64,000 nucleotides of DNA, taken from NCBI GenBank assembly GCA_964016885.1, contig OZ024742.1, positions 6,758,001-6,822,000 on the forward strand. The letters are read 5' to 3'. Below the pieces are notes generated by a model. The model was not told where the DNA came from, made no database searches, and worked only from the letters and a program-made list of their open reading frames with translations. Every line of letters starts with the position of its first letter. Position 1 is the first letter of the stretch. The translations under genes were made by a program, and so were the position numbers. Origin of the DNA: Eledone cirrhosa (taxonomy: Eukaryota). Below, one piece after another: positions 25,740 to 38,115 of this stretch.

Positions 25740-26054
25740 ACTCTCGGGTCCCAAATAATAGGAGGGGGTAGCAATAATTAGGGGGGGGGGCTTGGGAAAT
25801 CAGTAATTGTTTAGGGTACTTTCGTAAATATAGGATTTCTTGTAATGTTCTCCTTTTGTCATTTATAAGGTTTTTTAATGTAAAATAAATTTATTAGATT
25901 CTCCAACTGCTGTATCAATATGATTTCACCGGAGATAGATTACCTAAATTTAATAAGTGGGTGGTGGGTGGGGTGGTATAAAAACCGGTGGGTGGGGGTG
26001 GGTGGATCTGACAAATTAATAAGCGGGGGGTGGGAGTATTCAAGACCTGAGAGT
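25740..26054. mobile_element. Putative MITE (~315 bp)
   Basis: Imperfect TIRs ACTCTCGGGTCCCAAATA / TATTCAAGACCTGAGAGT with G-rich subterminal tracts. Confidence 0.5.
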
Positions 26055-26244
26055 ACGTGAATTATTGAGGGACGTAAGAATGAAAACTCAATACCGAAGT
26101 AGAGTTTAAATATTCATTTATTATAACTAAGCCTTGTTACTTTGGAGTCTCACCTGCGTACTCACCTGGCAAGACTGGTGATCCTGTGCGTGCACAGGTG
26201 AAACTTTAGAGAAACAAAGCTCACTAATAGCCACATTAAATGAA

Positions 26245-26287
<43 letters not shown>

Positions 26288-26303
26288 GTATACGTATATA
26301 AAA

Positions 26304-26489
26304 ATAATTGTTTCTACTTTTGGCACAAGGCCAGCAATTACCCAGTGCATTACTAGTATTTTATTTTATCGACCCCGTAAGGATGAAAGGCAAAGTCAAC
26401 CTCGGCAGGATTTGAACTCAGATCGTAAAGGGACGTAACTATGCTGGAAAGCATGGCGTCTAACCCTCTACCGATACTGCCAATCCACT
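26304..26489 (-). mobile_element. tRNA-derived SINE
   Basis: Reverse complement of the 10271/43514 family. Confidence 0.9.
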
Positions 26490-26748
26490 AATAATATTGA
26501 AACGAAGTTATCGCAAGAACTAGTGTATCTCCGATCTTTCTGTCACTCAATGTTTTAAGCCAGCATCACTAAGATACCAACCAAGAAGGAAAGTGTAGTC
26601 ATACGTTAGTAGTGGGAGAAACGATTTGGTGTGGGGAGAGATACTATAAAGGGTCGCGACTTTCTATAGTATAAAATACTCTACTACTCCAAGTATCGAG
26701 TATTCTGTCGAGTAATGGTCTAACTAGTTTTAAACTGAACCCATCCTG

Positions 26749-26825
<77 letters not shown>

Positions 26826-26828
26826 ATA

Positions 26829-27030
26829 TATATAGAAATGGCTTCTACAGGACTAGAACAGTTTCATTCGAAGGAAATCATCAGGAATCATCAGGTCTTT
26901 CCTGATGATTTCCTTCGAATGAAATAATTCTAATCCTGTAGAAGCCATTTCTATATAAATATTTAAACTGTGCTATGTATTGAGTACCTTACTTACTGTG
27001 GTTTTCCCCGATTGAACCCGGGATGCACAT
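26829..27030 (+). mobile_element. Hairpin element with decayed hammerhead motif in both arms, same family as 37790-37915
   Basis: Arms 26829-26886 / 26900-26956. CTGATGA-TTTCCTTCGAAT-GAAA-TAATTC-TA. Tail TATTGAGTACCTTACTTACTGTGGTT..CCGATT.AACCCGG. Confidence 0.7.
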
Positions 27031-27044
27031 ATCTCTATCTATCT

Positions 27045-27100
27045 TCCCCCCATTCTACTTGTCCCACTCTTTGATGCCCTGGTGGCAAATAAAAAGAAAG
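27045..27100 (+). mobile_element. ~55-bp 3' stub of a Tx1-like LINE inside a TATC/TC repeat
   Basis: TCCCCCCATTCTACTTGTCCCACTCTTTGATGCCCTGGTGGCAAATAAAAAGAAA resembles the 3' end at 32613-32665. Confidence 0.65.
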
Positions 27101-27329
27101 TTATCTATTTATCTCTCTATCTCTCTGGGATGGACACACGCGTGAAACTTGCTGGGTAAGTTCTGCCTAAATTTCTATAGAAATTCCTAACTGTAAACCT
27201 TCATTTTTATACCAATCTGTAGAGGGACTGCCAGGTCAAAATATTCTACGCCTTTAGGCGAAATAGTTCACAAAAAGTTTTTTTTGGGGAAAAAGCTAAC
27301 ATTATTTACAAAAAAAAAAGAAAAAAAAA

Positions 27330-27541
27330 ATGGCTGAAGCTTCTTCACCAACATTCGAAGGAGGAAAGGGGAAGATATGCTTACAGCTTCCCCCTGCCAC
27401 TGTCATAGTAGCAGATGTCAAAGACAAAGGTCAGCCAGAGGAAGGATTTTCTCCACCTGCTGACCGACAACTTGACGTTGCATTGACAACAAACCCAAAG
27501 TGTGAAACAATGAACAAAACCAACACAACCAGCAGCACCAG

Positions 27542-27575
<34 letters not shown>

Positions 27576-28806
27576 ACGAACGGAAACAACACCAACAACA
27601 ATAACAATAACAGCAACAAGACCAATAACTGCAACAAGGAAGTAAACGACAAAATATCATTTGCGCAAACCGTAAAGAAAACGGTAAGCTACACACTGGT
27701 AGATATTTCAAATGCAAATGAACTTTTGAATAACACCAGACGATATGTAACTTTCGGGGAGAACGGATCATTCTCCATAAACTCTCCCCCAGATTTGCGA
27801 AGGGAAGCTGCCTTTAAACTGGTTTTCAGGACAGTCTCAAACAAAACCCGAAAGCCGACTCAACTTTCACAAGGCGAAATTGAGTTGGTTTTAGAAAATA
27901 CCTTAAAAGACATTGCTTTTATTCAGAAGGGTAGACTCTACGGGAGTTTATCTATTCTGATGAAAGACCAACTGACGGCACAGAAACACTCTGTGTCGCC
28001 AATTGTGTCACCGTTGTTCACCCTTTTCCCCACTTACATGGGGAAAAGAACACAGAAAATAAAAATCCAAAGTATCACACCAAATATTGATATTTGGTGG
28101 GTACTATGTGGATTTTTAAACCTAGAAAAAGACACAATAATATCGGTAGGTAAGTCCTCCGGCGACCTGTTCAGCGGAACTAGCCTGGAAATTCTGGTCC
28201 AAATGACACCAGAACGAATAGCTAGGATCCCGGAACGTGTGCTGCTGGAGGACTTATATACATAAACATTTCGGTCGAGGGTAGGCAGCCTTCATATTAC
28301 CACTGCCTAAGCAGGGGTCACCTGAGAGCTTCCTGTCCTCGGCTAACTAGCCAAAAAAAGGCACTACTGCCAACACCTGCAACACCAGCACAACAACCAC
28401 CACCACCACCCCATCACCACCACAACAACAACAACATAAACAAATAGTGACAACAAAACAAACGACAAACTCAGTCCCACCCAACCCCTCCCCACCTAAA
28501 ACAACTCCAGAAACACCCACACACATAACAGCTCCCCAAAATGTACCCCTCCCCAACAACACGGATGAGGCCTCATCATCGTCACCCAGTGACGATGAGG
28601 GAGAGCCTTTCCGACCAGTAAAAAGAAAAAAAGACATAACACAAACAAAAATGCAACAAACACACAAACACCAATACAAGCGACGCAAACAGCACAAACA
28701 AAAACACCCCCTCCTGAAAACAAAACACCTACTACAAAACGTAAACACACACAAGAACCACAAACAAAAAGCAACCCAACACAACAAAAATGTTACACCT
28801 ACATAA
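27330..28806 (+). pseudogene. Tx1-like ORF1 (Asn-rich, zinc knuckle), frameshifted
   Basis: ORF 27330-28265 (SFAQTVK motif). After the shift at ~28262 it reads INISVEGRQPSYYHCLSRGHLRASCP (CX2CX4HX4C with first C>Y). Confidence 0.75.
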
Positions 28807-29187
28807 ATACTAACAATAAAACTTTAACAGACACCATATATAAAAACCCTTCGGTGGATACCGAAGGGAAAACTTTTACGCACTCTTCGGAGAATCCTAG
28901 TCTTAAAATGATTAGGAACTCCATGGACACACAAACAGTTAAAAGAAACATTTCCTAACGACGTAGGTAACCCCTGCGTCAAACCCTACAATCGAGTCCT
29001 GTTAAAATGTTTCCCCATCCCACCAGACACCTCCTCCCACCAAACATCTCTGTCTCCACCCCTCCAGAGACCACCAACCCATCAAACAACCCCTCCAACA
29101 CCCCCACGGAAATTGTGCAGCCTGGTCCCCGGGAGACGAAGAGGTGAGTGATTTATTTTCCTCTTCTTTTAACTTTTCAGCACCAAC

Positions 29188-32100
29188 ATGGCCAATATAA
29201 GAGTTGGATGTGTGAATGTACGCGGCCTGGGGAAGCCCTGGAAACAGGGCAAACTCTTAAACGACCTCAGGTCGCACAGTATGAATGTAGTAGCCATTTG
29301 CGAGTCCAGGATCCAGAGTGAGCGACAACTGGCCTCCATTTTCGACGACTTTGAGATCTACGCATCTCTCTGTCAGCCGGGAGGAGGGGGTGGGGTTGCC
29401 GTTTTGCTGCGGAAACACCTGGACCTCGTAACACAGACGGTACATCTGGACACGGAGTGTCGACTGGTGGTCCTAGACGTTGACGGTAGTGAAGGTAGAG
29501 CCTTCAGGCTGGTGGCGGCATATGCCCCATCCGAGACACCGCGGACAGACTTCTTCAAACGTCTAGAGACTTTTCTGGGAACGTCCCGCTCCCTGCTGTT
29601 GTGGGGACTGGAATGGAATCCTAGATGCACGTTGGGACTATGTGGGAGCATATCCCGATAGAGGGGTGTGTGACAGCCTCAAACAGTTAATCGGCCGATT
29701 TCACCTGGCCGATAGATATCGACTAGATTTTCCGGCTGTGCCACTGTGGACGTGGACTAATTTCGGCGGAACATCTAGATCGTACCTAGATAGGGTTCTA
29801 GTCAGAAAGAAGGATAGGGACATGTTAAGCTGTCCACAAATGTTCATGGTTGCCTATTCAGATCACAAATTAGTGACCTGCTTAGTCAACCTTGACAAAA
29901 CCCATAGAAAGGGCACCGGCTACTGGAAGCTGAACTTGTCGTTACCGACATGCAAAGCCTACAGTAGACGGATTAGCACTTTAGTTAAGCAGCACTTGAC
30001 GGGGGTCATTGTCAACAACAGATGTTGGTACTCTCTCAAGAGGGCAGTTAGATTAGACTCGATAGGTTTTAGTAAAGAATTAGTGTTAGTTAGAAATAAG
30101 ACCAAAAAGGAACTGGAAGATAAAGTAGAAGAGGCACTTAGGAGTGGCAACGTAGCCAGCGGGCTAGCGACGAGAACGGTCTTGGACCAGTTCTTCGACG
30201 CAAAGCATGAAGGCTGCGTTGTCAGAAGCAAAATACGTGCCCTGGGAAACGAGGAGGCCAAAGCTGTTAGCTGGGCCCGAGTAACGTAGGCGAAAAGTGG
30301 CAACAAGTCCACGATTCAGTCTTTGAAGGACCAAGACGGACGCGTGATACGTGAGCCGAAGCAAATGTGCGCGGCCTTTCAGCGGCACTTTGCTCAACTG
30401 TTCGGGCAGGGCGGCGCGCCGGGAGGGGCCATGGATTTCGGTTCATACCTCGACGGCCTACCGCGACTCTCCAACAGCGAGGCGAAGTTCTGCGAAAGGC
30501 CGATTCGGCCGCTGAGATAGGGGACGCGCTAAGCCAATGCGGCAAACGCAAAATCTCCAGGTCTCGACGGTCTACCCTACGAATTTTACGTAGCAATGCC
30601 GGACTTGTTCTCCGGTCTCCTGGAAGCGGTCTACTGCAACTGGCAGCAGAACGGGGCGTAATCACGTTAGTCAGGAAGGACGAGAACAAGGGGGATGACA
30701 TAGGCAACTTCCGGCCCATAACTCTGCTCAACACAGAGTTACAGATTTTGGCCAAGGTGTTGGCAAAGAGGCTGGCGCTTGTCGTCGAAAACCTGGTGGG
30801 AGAAGTGCAGACATGCGCAATCCCGACCAGGTCCATACACGACAACCTCCACCTCATACGATACATCATAGAGAGGGTAGGGTGTAAACCCGGCTTCGAT
30901 GGGGCCCTGATCAACTTGGATCAGTCTAAGGCTTTAGATAGGGTTGACCATCGTTACCTGGATGCGGTGCTCGATGCGGCAGGGTTCGGTCCCGTGTTCA
31001 GAAGCTGGATTGCTGCAATGCACAACAGCAACATCTGCTCAAGGGTCAAGGTGAACGGCTACCTCTCGGAGCCGTTCCATATCACGCGATCGATTCGACA
31101 GGAATGCCCTCTCCCCTCCCTTCTGTACGTACTGACTCTCGAGCCACTACTGCGGAAGTTGGAGCTATTGCAGGGCTTCCCTTTGGAACCAGGACTGCGA
31201 AAAGCGGCGTCGGCCTATGCCGACGACGTGACAGTGATGGTGTCGAGCACCTAGCAATTCGTGGAGGTCGGTACCTTACTGAAGGAATACGAAAGGTTCA
31301 CAGGAGCGAAGCTGAACCGGGACAAATCCGTCGGTTTGCAACTCGGAACGTGTAGAGGCACCGATGCCTTCCGATGACGTCGTCGGACGCTGGACGGAAG
31401 GACCGGTAAAGCTGCTCGGGATCTGGTTTGGTCCGGACCTCCAGGTGGAGAAGAACTGGAACGTGGTGACGGCCAAGGTGTTTGCACTCACCCAGAAGTG
31501 GGCCGAGTGCAAACTATCCTTGAAAGGTCGAGCGGGGGTGGCGAACACTTTTATAGCGTCCGTCGTGCCTTGTCCAGCCAAAACGCTCACCAAAATGGAG
31601 CGCACGCTCTTCCAATTCGTTTGGAAGAAACGGGCGCCTTTGGTGAGAAGATCCATCTGCTGCCAACGCCCTTCAAACGGAGGGCTGGGGATGCCGTGGC
31701 TGACGATGCGCAAACACGCGCTCAGGCTGCGGCACCTCCATGTATTCCTCACCAGACAACCGGTGTGGGCCCCGTTCGTAAGGCGAGCCTTCCCACGACT
31801 CGTCTCGCTGACCGAGCTGCAGTTCTGGATCAAGAAAAGACCGAGGAAAATGGGCGACTGGCACATCGAATGTGCTAAGGCACTCACAGTCCTCTGGCAA
31901 ACGGACCCGGCGATCAGTGGTGACTCCACTTCGACATTCTATAGAGGGTTGGTCCGCAGCAAGTGCGACGACACGCTCGGAGAAACTCTAGGCGTAGAGG
32001 AGGACGAACTGGCCAGTCTGTTCGGTAGGACCTTCCGCCCGGGACCAATGGACAACTTCCAAAATTCCCTGGCCTGGCAGTGCTACCGAGGAGCTCTACC

Positions 32101-32434
32101 AGTTCGAGACAAGCTCTACAGACACGGGCGCCCGCGTAGGGACCCTTCGAAAAAGATCTGTCCGAGATGCGTGCGCGACGAGGAAACCGACGAGGCGGTT
32201 TTCCTATGTGTTATGGCTATGGTGAAAGAGGTTATATGGTGAACGATGTTAAAAGGGCTGAGGTCAGACACCTTTCTCTCCGGCGAGCAACTGATTCGTT
32301 TTTTCAATTATCATTTTGGAAGAAGAATCAGGATGGAGAGAGAGGTGCTGTACCCCATCAAATTTTATAAAAGGTGGGTGAATGTGGCAAAGATGGCCCG
32401 AGTGGTTGGGCCTTCTGTCTATATAAGCTTGTAG
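29188..32434 (+). pseudogene. Tx1-like ORF2 (APE endonuclease + reverse transcriptase), broken
   Basis: CVNVRGL, ICESR, AYAP, SYLDRVLV, SDH, GYWKLN, FRPITLLNTELQILAKVLAKRL, DQSKALDRVDH, IRQECPL, AYADD, KLLGIWF, LSLKGR, GGLGMP, ICPRC. Confidence 0.93.
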
Positions 32435-32668
32435 GTTGAGGAAAAAGAGGAAGAGAGGAAGGGAGTTCTCACTGTTGGTGCTCCTGGAGATGAGGGTTGT
32501 ACATTTTTTCGGGGTGTGTACAACCCCTGTATAACACCTCCCTCCTATTGGGGATTTCTATTGTTATTTGTTATTGTATTAATAGTTTTATTTTCATATA
32601 CCTGTATGTAAATTCCCCATTTGTATTTGTCCCTTCTTTTGTGCCCTTGTGGCTAATAAAGAAATTTA

Positions 32669-32699
<31 letters not shown>

Positions 32700-32726
32700 A
32701 TATCAATATCTACATATATATATATA

Positions 32727-32885
32727 TATAAAGAAAAAAAGATGAAATCCAAAATGCAACTGGAGTCTTATTTTTTTAAAAATAAGACTCCAGTTGCATT
32801 TTCGATTTCATCTTTTTTTCTTTATACTTTCACTCGTGTTGGACACCGGTTATTTTTCATCTGGTAAAAAAACCTCACTTTCTAA
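32727..32885. repeat. Near-perfect 100-bp palindrome plus tail between (TA)n tracts
   Basis: TATAAAGAAAAAAAGATGAAATCCAAAATGCAACTGGAGTCTTATTTTT / AAAAATAAGACTCCAGTTGCATTTTCGATTTCATCTTTTTTTCTTTATA. Confidence 0.9.
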
Positions 32886-33251
32886 TATATATATATATAT
32901 ATATAATTTGGTTTAGAATTTGTCTTGTAAGATAGTTGATGTGAAATCGTGTGTTGGTATAGAGAGGCTCATGGTTGCGAAAGAAACAGAGTTAGTTTAT
33001 TTACTAGATGGTTATTTCATTTGTCACACAGAGTTTCTCAATCACTTTTTTGATTTCCTCCGTCTTATCTTCGTTTTCTTCTAAGTATTCTATCTTACCA
33101 AGATGATATTTTCTTTACTTCAGATCACACAAATAAGGAAATTAGGACATTTTTGAAAGTCTGCCTCAAATCAAACCACAACCTAGAAAGAACCAAACAA
33201 GAGGAACACATTAAATAGCGTTGTGGTAATTATTTTGCACCATCATAAGAA

Positions 33252-33317
33252 AACCGACAGAACAGTGATGAGGGGAGAGTCTTTCGTCGTAGGTTAGTTG
33301 GACAGTGCTGATGGACT
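33252..33317 (+). ncRNA. Degenerate HDV-like ribozyme candidate
   Basis: P1 AACCGAC/GTTAGTT, P2 AGTC(T)/GGACT, L3-like TTCGTCGT, GG after P1', J4/2 GCTGA. P3 incomplete. Confidence 0.35.
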
Positions 33318-33431
33318 TTAACAAACATAACTGGTTACCCTTCTCAGATTTTACACGACCCTTCTGCGAAAAGCTCAAAATATTCCTTGGTCAACACATC
33401 CCAGGCATAAATCTCAAAAGATGAAATTGGT

Positions 33432-33494
33432 ACCAGAATGTTACTGGTATTTTATTTTATCCGCAACATAAGGATAAAAGACGAAGCTAACCTC
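33432..33494 (-). mobile_element. Diverged SINE core fragment
   Basis: TTACTGGTATTTTATTTTATC...TAAGGATAAAAGACGAAGCTAACCTC parallels 26351-26403. Confidence 0.6.
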
Positions 33495-33576
33495 TTTTAG
33501 AAGAAAGGTCTAGATAATATATATATATATAGTGACGAAACATAAGTCAATTGCATGAACTCATAATCCTTTATTT

Positions 33577-33632
33577 ACTGCTATATATATTTCGATGATA
33601 GCCCTTGAGTGGCTATGACCTCATCAGGCAGT
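33577..33632 (-). ncRNA. Minimal type-I hammerhead ribozyme
   Basis: Minus strand reads ACTGC-CTGATGA-GGTCATAGCC-ACTCAAG-GGCTATCATC-GAAA-TATATA-TA-GCAGT. Confidence 0.85.
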
Positions 33633-33703
33633 TAGTCAGTTCTTAGATATGCCAGCTCTGTGTTTATGGTGTTGATGGTATCAGAGCCTTGGGACATATA
33701 TAT

Positions 33704-33900
33704 ATATATAAATGAAAGGTATAGAAAGTATTGTAGCAAGAAGCCAACAGTATTCCATAATATATAAGTGACTATATCCATATATATATATGTTGCATAT
33801 ATATATATAATATATATATATATTTATATATATATTATATATATATAAATGAAAAGTATAGAAATTGTAGCGAGAAGCTAACAGTATTCCATAACATATG
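33704..33900. repeat. Diverged ~60-bp direct duplication within a TA-rich tract
   Basis: AAATGAAAGGTATAGAAAGTATTGTAGCAAGAAGCCAACAGTATTCCATAA at 33710 vs the copy at 33847. Confidence 0.8.
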
Positions 33901-33904
33901 TTAT

Positions 33905-33937
<33 letters not shown>

Positions 33938-33955
33938 TATATATATATATATATG

Positions 33956-34025
<70 letters not shown>

Positions 34026-34029
34026 GTCA

Positions 34030-34066
<37 letters not shown>

Positions 34067-34073
34067 GTCATGT

Positions 34074-34105
<32 letters not shown>

Positions 34106-34162
34106 CATGTACTCATTATAAAGGTATACACCAAATGCCAATGGTCCTCTGAATAATAATAA

Positions 34163-35765
34163 TGGTGGTGGTGATGGTGATGATGATGGTGATGGTAATG
34201 GTGGTGATGGTGGTGGTGGTGATGGTGATGGTGAGGGTGGTGGTGATGGTAGTGGCGGTGATGGGGATGATGGTGATGGTGATCATGGTAATGGTGATGA
34301 TGATGGTGATGGTGGTGGTGGTGATGGTGGTGGTTTTGATGATGATGGTGGAGGTGATGGTGGGGGTGATGATGGTGGGGATGCTGATGGTGATGGTGGG
34401 GGTGATGATGGTGATGGTGATGTTGATGGTGATGATGGGGGTGATGATGGTGATGGTGATGGTGGTGATGTTGGTGATGGTGATGATGATGGTGGGGGTG
34501 ATGATGGTGATGGTGGTGATGGTGATGGTGGTGGGCGTGATGGTGATGATGATGGTGGGGGTGATGATGGTGATGGTGATGGTGGTGATGGTGATGGTGG
34601 TGATGGTGATGATGGTGGGGGTGATGATGGTGATGGTGATGGTGGTGATGATGGTGATGGTGATGGTGGTGGTGATGGTGATGGTGGTGATGGTGGTGGT
34701 GATGGTGGTGATGGTGGTGATGGTGGTGATGGTGATGGTGGTGATGGTGATGGTGCTGATGGTGATGGTGATGATGATGGTGGTGGTGATGGTGGTGATG
34801 GTGATGGTGGTGATGATGGTGGTGATGGTGATGGTGGGGGTGATGGTGATGGTGGTGATGGTGGTGGTGATGGTGGTGATGGTGATGGTGGGGGGTGATG
34901 GTGATGGTGGTGATGGTGGTGGTGATGGTGGTGGTGATGGTGATGGTGGTGATGGTGATGGTGATGGGGGTGATGGTGATGGTGGGGGTGATGGTGATGG
35001 TGGTGATGGTGGTGGTGATGGTGATGGTGGTGATGGTGATGGTGGGGGTGATGGTGATGGTGGTGATGGTGGTGGTGATGGTGGTGGTGGTGATGGTGAT
35101 GGTGGGGGTGATGATGGTGATGGTGATGGTGGTGATGGTGGGGGTGATGGTGATGGTGGTGATGGTGGTGGTGATGGTGATGGTGGTGATGGTGATGGTG
35201 GGGGTGATGGTGATGGTGGTGATGGTGGTGGTGATGGTGATGGTGGTGATGGTGATGGTGGGGGTGATGGTGATGGTGGTGATGGTGGTGGTGATGGTGA
35301 TGGTGGTGATGGTGATGGTGGGGGCGATGGTGATGGTGGTGATGGTGGTGGTGATGGTGGTGATAGTGATGGTGGGGGTGATGGAGATGGTGGTGATGGT
35401 GGTGGTGATGGTGATGGTGGTGATGGTGGTGGTGATGGTGGTGATGGTTTATGGTGGGGGTTATGGTGATGGTGGTGATGGTGGTGGTGATGGTGATGGT
35501 GGTGATGGTGGTGGTGATGGTGGTGGTGATGGTGATGGTGGTGATGGTGATGGTGATGGTGATGGTGGTGATGGTGGTGGTGATGGTGATGGTGGTGGTG
35601 ATGGTGATGATGGTGATGGTGGTGATGGTGATGGTGGGGGTGATGGTGATGGTGATGGTGGTGATGGTGGGGGTGATGGTGGTGGTGGTGATGGTGGTGG
35701 TGATGGTGGGGGTGATGGTGGTGGTGGTGATGGTGGTGGTGATGGTGGTGGTGATGGTGGTGATG
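34163..35765. repeat. (GGT/GAT)n trinucleotide array with a 60-bp higher-order period in 34960-35400
   Basis: The 60-nt lines starting at 35161 and 35221 are identical and 35281 differs by one base. Confidence 0.95.
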
Positions 35766-35864
35766 TCAATAATGTTGATAATAATAAGAAATATTAAATT
35801 ATTAATAAATAAACGAATAAAACAAAATCTAAAAAGAAATGTGAATCACACGACCTCTATAGGA

Positions 35865-36308
35865 GTGTATGTGTGTGTATATATGTGTGTGTGTAAATAT
35901 ATGTATATATATATATGTGTGTATATATATGTGTAAATATGTGTGGGTATATATGTGTACACTGTGTATATATGTGTATATATGTGTATATGTGTGTGTG
36001 TGGTACATGCTTCAATGTATTGTATATATACGTGTATAAGTATGTATATATATGTGTGTATATATGTGTGCATATGTGTGTATATTTGTGTATATATGTG
36101 TAGGTATATATTTGTATATATGTGTTTCTATATGTGTGAGTAGGTACATGCTTCAATGTATTGTATACATATATGTGTATATATGCGTGTGTGTGCACAT
36201 ACTTCGATGTACTGTATATGTGTGTATAGTTACACGCTTCAGTGTATTGTATATGTGTGTGTATGTGTGTGTGTGTGTGTATGTGTGTCGGTACATATTT
36301 GAAAGTAT

Positions 36309-36354
<46 letters not shown>

Positions 36355-36410
36355 GGTACATATTTGAAAGTATTGTATATATGTGTGTGTATGTATATAT
36401 GTGTATATAT
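35865..36410. repeat. Degenerate GT/AT array with recurring GGTACATGCTTCAATGTATTGTAT-like spacer
   Basis: Spacer variants at about 36002, 36143, 36197, 36232, 36290 and 36355. Confidence 0.75.
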
Positions 36411-36887
36411 AATGGCGGAGGGGTGTTCTGTGTACAGGGTATCTTGTTATTTGTCTCAAATTTGATCCATTCTTCTTAAGAAACGAAGTAATATATTGAA
36501 ATAGACTTGGCTGCCTATAATGAGCTTCGGATTTTTTTCACTTCAATATTTTAATCTCTCATTGGAATTTACACATCAACTAGGTAGATACGCATGTATG
36601 TGTAGATATGGATGTTATTGTATGTGTGGATATGGATGTTTTGAGTTGTATGTGTGCATGTGTATATGCTTTGTATCTGTACATGTGTATATGCAGTTAT
36701 TAGATGCAACATTTTTGGAATGTTTTACATATTTTTACTGTTCCATTAATGGATCGTACTTGTAATTTCCTAACTAGTTGTGTTGTATGTATGTATGTAT
36801 GTATGTATGTATGTATGTATGTATGTATGTATGTATGTATGTATGTATGTATGTATGTATGTACGTATATATGTATGTATGTATGTA

Positions 36888-37095
36888 TATCTGGAGATCT
36901 CTCTGCACTTGTCGTCACATGGTACCATGGGCCCAGCACTATGTGTCAATAATTGTCACAAGTGTAGTGTTTGTACCAGAGTTTTCAAGTCGCTGGCTGG
37001 ACTAAAAAGTCACACTCGTTCAGCGCATCGGTAGGGGTTCTCCTACATGGATATAAAGTAGTGGCCGTACTCGAAAACGAGTTGGCAGCCACCAT
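36888..37095 (+). mobile_element. 5'-truncated RTE-type LINE 3' end with terminal C2H2 motif, inside (ATGT)n
   Basis: HKCSVCTRVFKSLAGLKSHTRSAHR-stop (ends 37034), ~60-nt UTR, ATGT repeats on both sides. Confidence 0.65.
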
Positions 37096-37258
37096 GTATG
37101 TATGCATGTACGTATATATGTATATATATATGTATGTAGGTATGTATGAATGTACGTATATATGTGCATATACACATGCACATACATATAACAGTATATA
37201 TATATATATAAATGAAAGATATAGAAATACGATATATATATATATATATCGTACTACA

Positions 37259-37291
<33 letters not shown>

Positions 37292-37395
37292 CATATATAT
37301 ACACACACACATATGTATATATATATTTGTGTGTGTATATATATATATGTGGGTAAATGTTGTCCCTTACTCTCTCTCTCTCACTCTCTCTCTCA

Positions 37396-37466
<71 letters not shown>

Positions 37467-37789
37467 CATGCCTGTATCTTCTACACTTTCTGTTATATCT
37501 TTTTTTATAATTATGATATATTTATTTTATCCGCCGTCCATATTGTATCTTCTAGATTTTTTCCAAAATAGAAGCTATGCAATTAGTAATGGTTGTGGCA
37601 GTAATTTTGCAGCGATTCTAAAGAAATGAATTTGCCCTGTCACAAGTGAAATGTGGTTTTGCAACTGCACAAGGGAAGCTTTTGTTCAGCTAGTGTTTTC
37701 GATATACAGAAAACTGACAGGAAATCTCTCAGTAGTTGAGATGACAGCTGTTTTTTGGTTGCGGCCAATATGTGTATGTTGTAATGTTG

Positions 37790-37915
37790 TGATGATTTCT
37801 AAAGAACGAAACAGTTCTAGTCCTGTTGAATCTCATCTATATTAAAACTTTTATACTCTGCAATCTATTGAGTACCTTACTTACTGTGGTTACCTCCGAT
37901 TCAACCCGGAATAAC
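37790..37915 (+). mobile_element. Penelope-terminus-like fragment with decayed hammerhead
   Basis: TGATGA-TTTCTAAAGAAC-GAAA-CAGTTC-TA-GTCCTG, then CTATTGAGTACCTTACTTACTGTGG as at 26977. Ends in (TA)n. Confidence 0.6.
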
Positions 37916-38031
<116 letters not shown>

Positions 38032-38115
38032 AGATAGATAGATAGAGATAGAGAGAGTGAGATAGAGAGAGAGATATATAGATAGATAGAGATAGATAGA
38101 TAGAGATAGATAGAT

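Larger units (their letters stand above)
27127..32667 (+). mobile_element. Near full-length decayed non-LTR retrotransposon, L1/Tx1 clade
   Basis: ORF1 with degenerate CCHC knuckle, then ORF2 with APE, RT and CPRC. 3' AATAAAGAAA followed by (TATC)n. TC/TATC repeat at the 5' flank. Confidence 0.92.

Noticed and set aside
36957-37034. Host C2H2 zinc-finger gene
   Set aside because: Single finger followed by a stop, short UTR and repeat tail fits a LINE C-terminus better.
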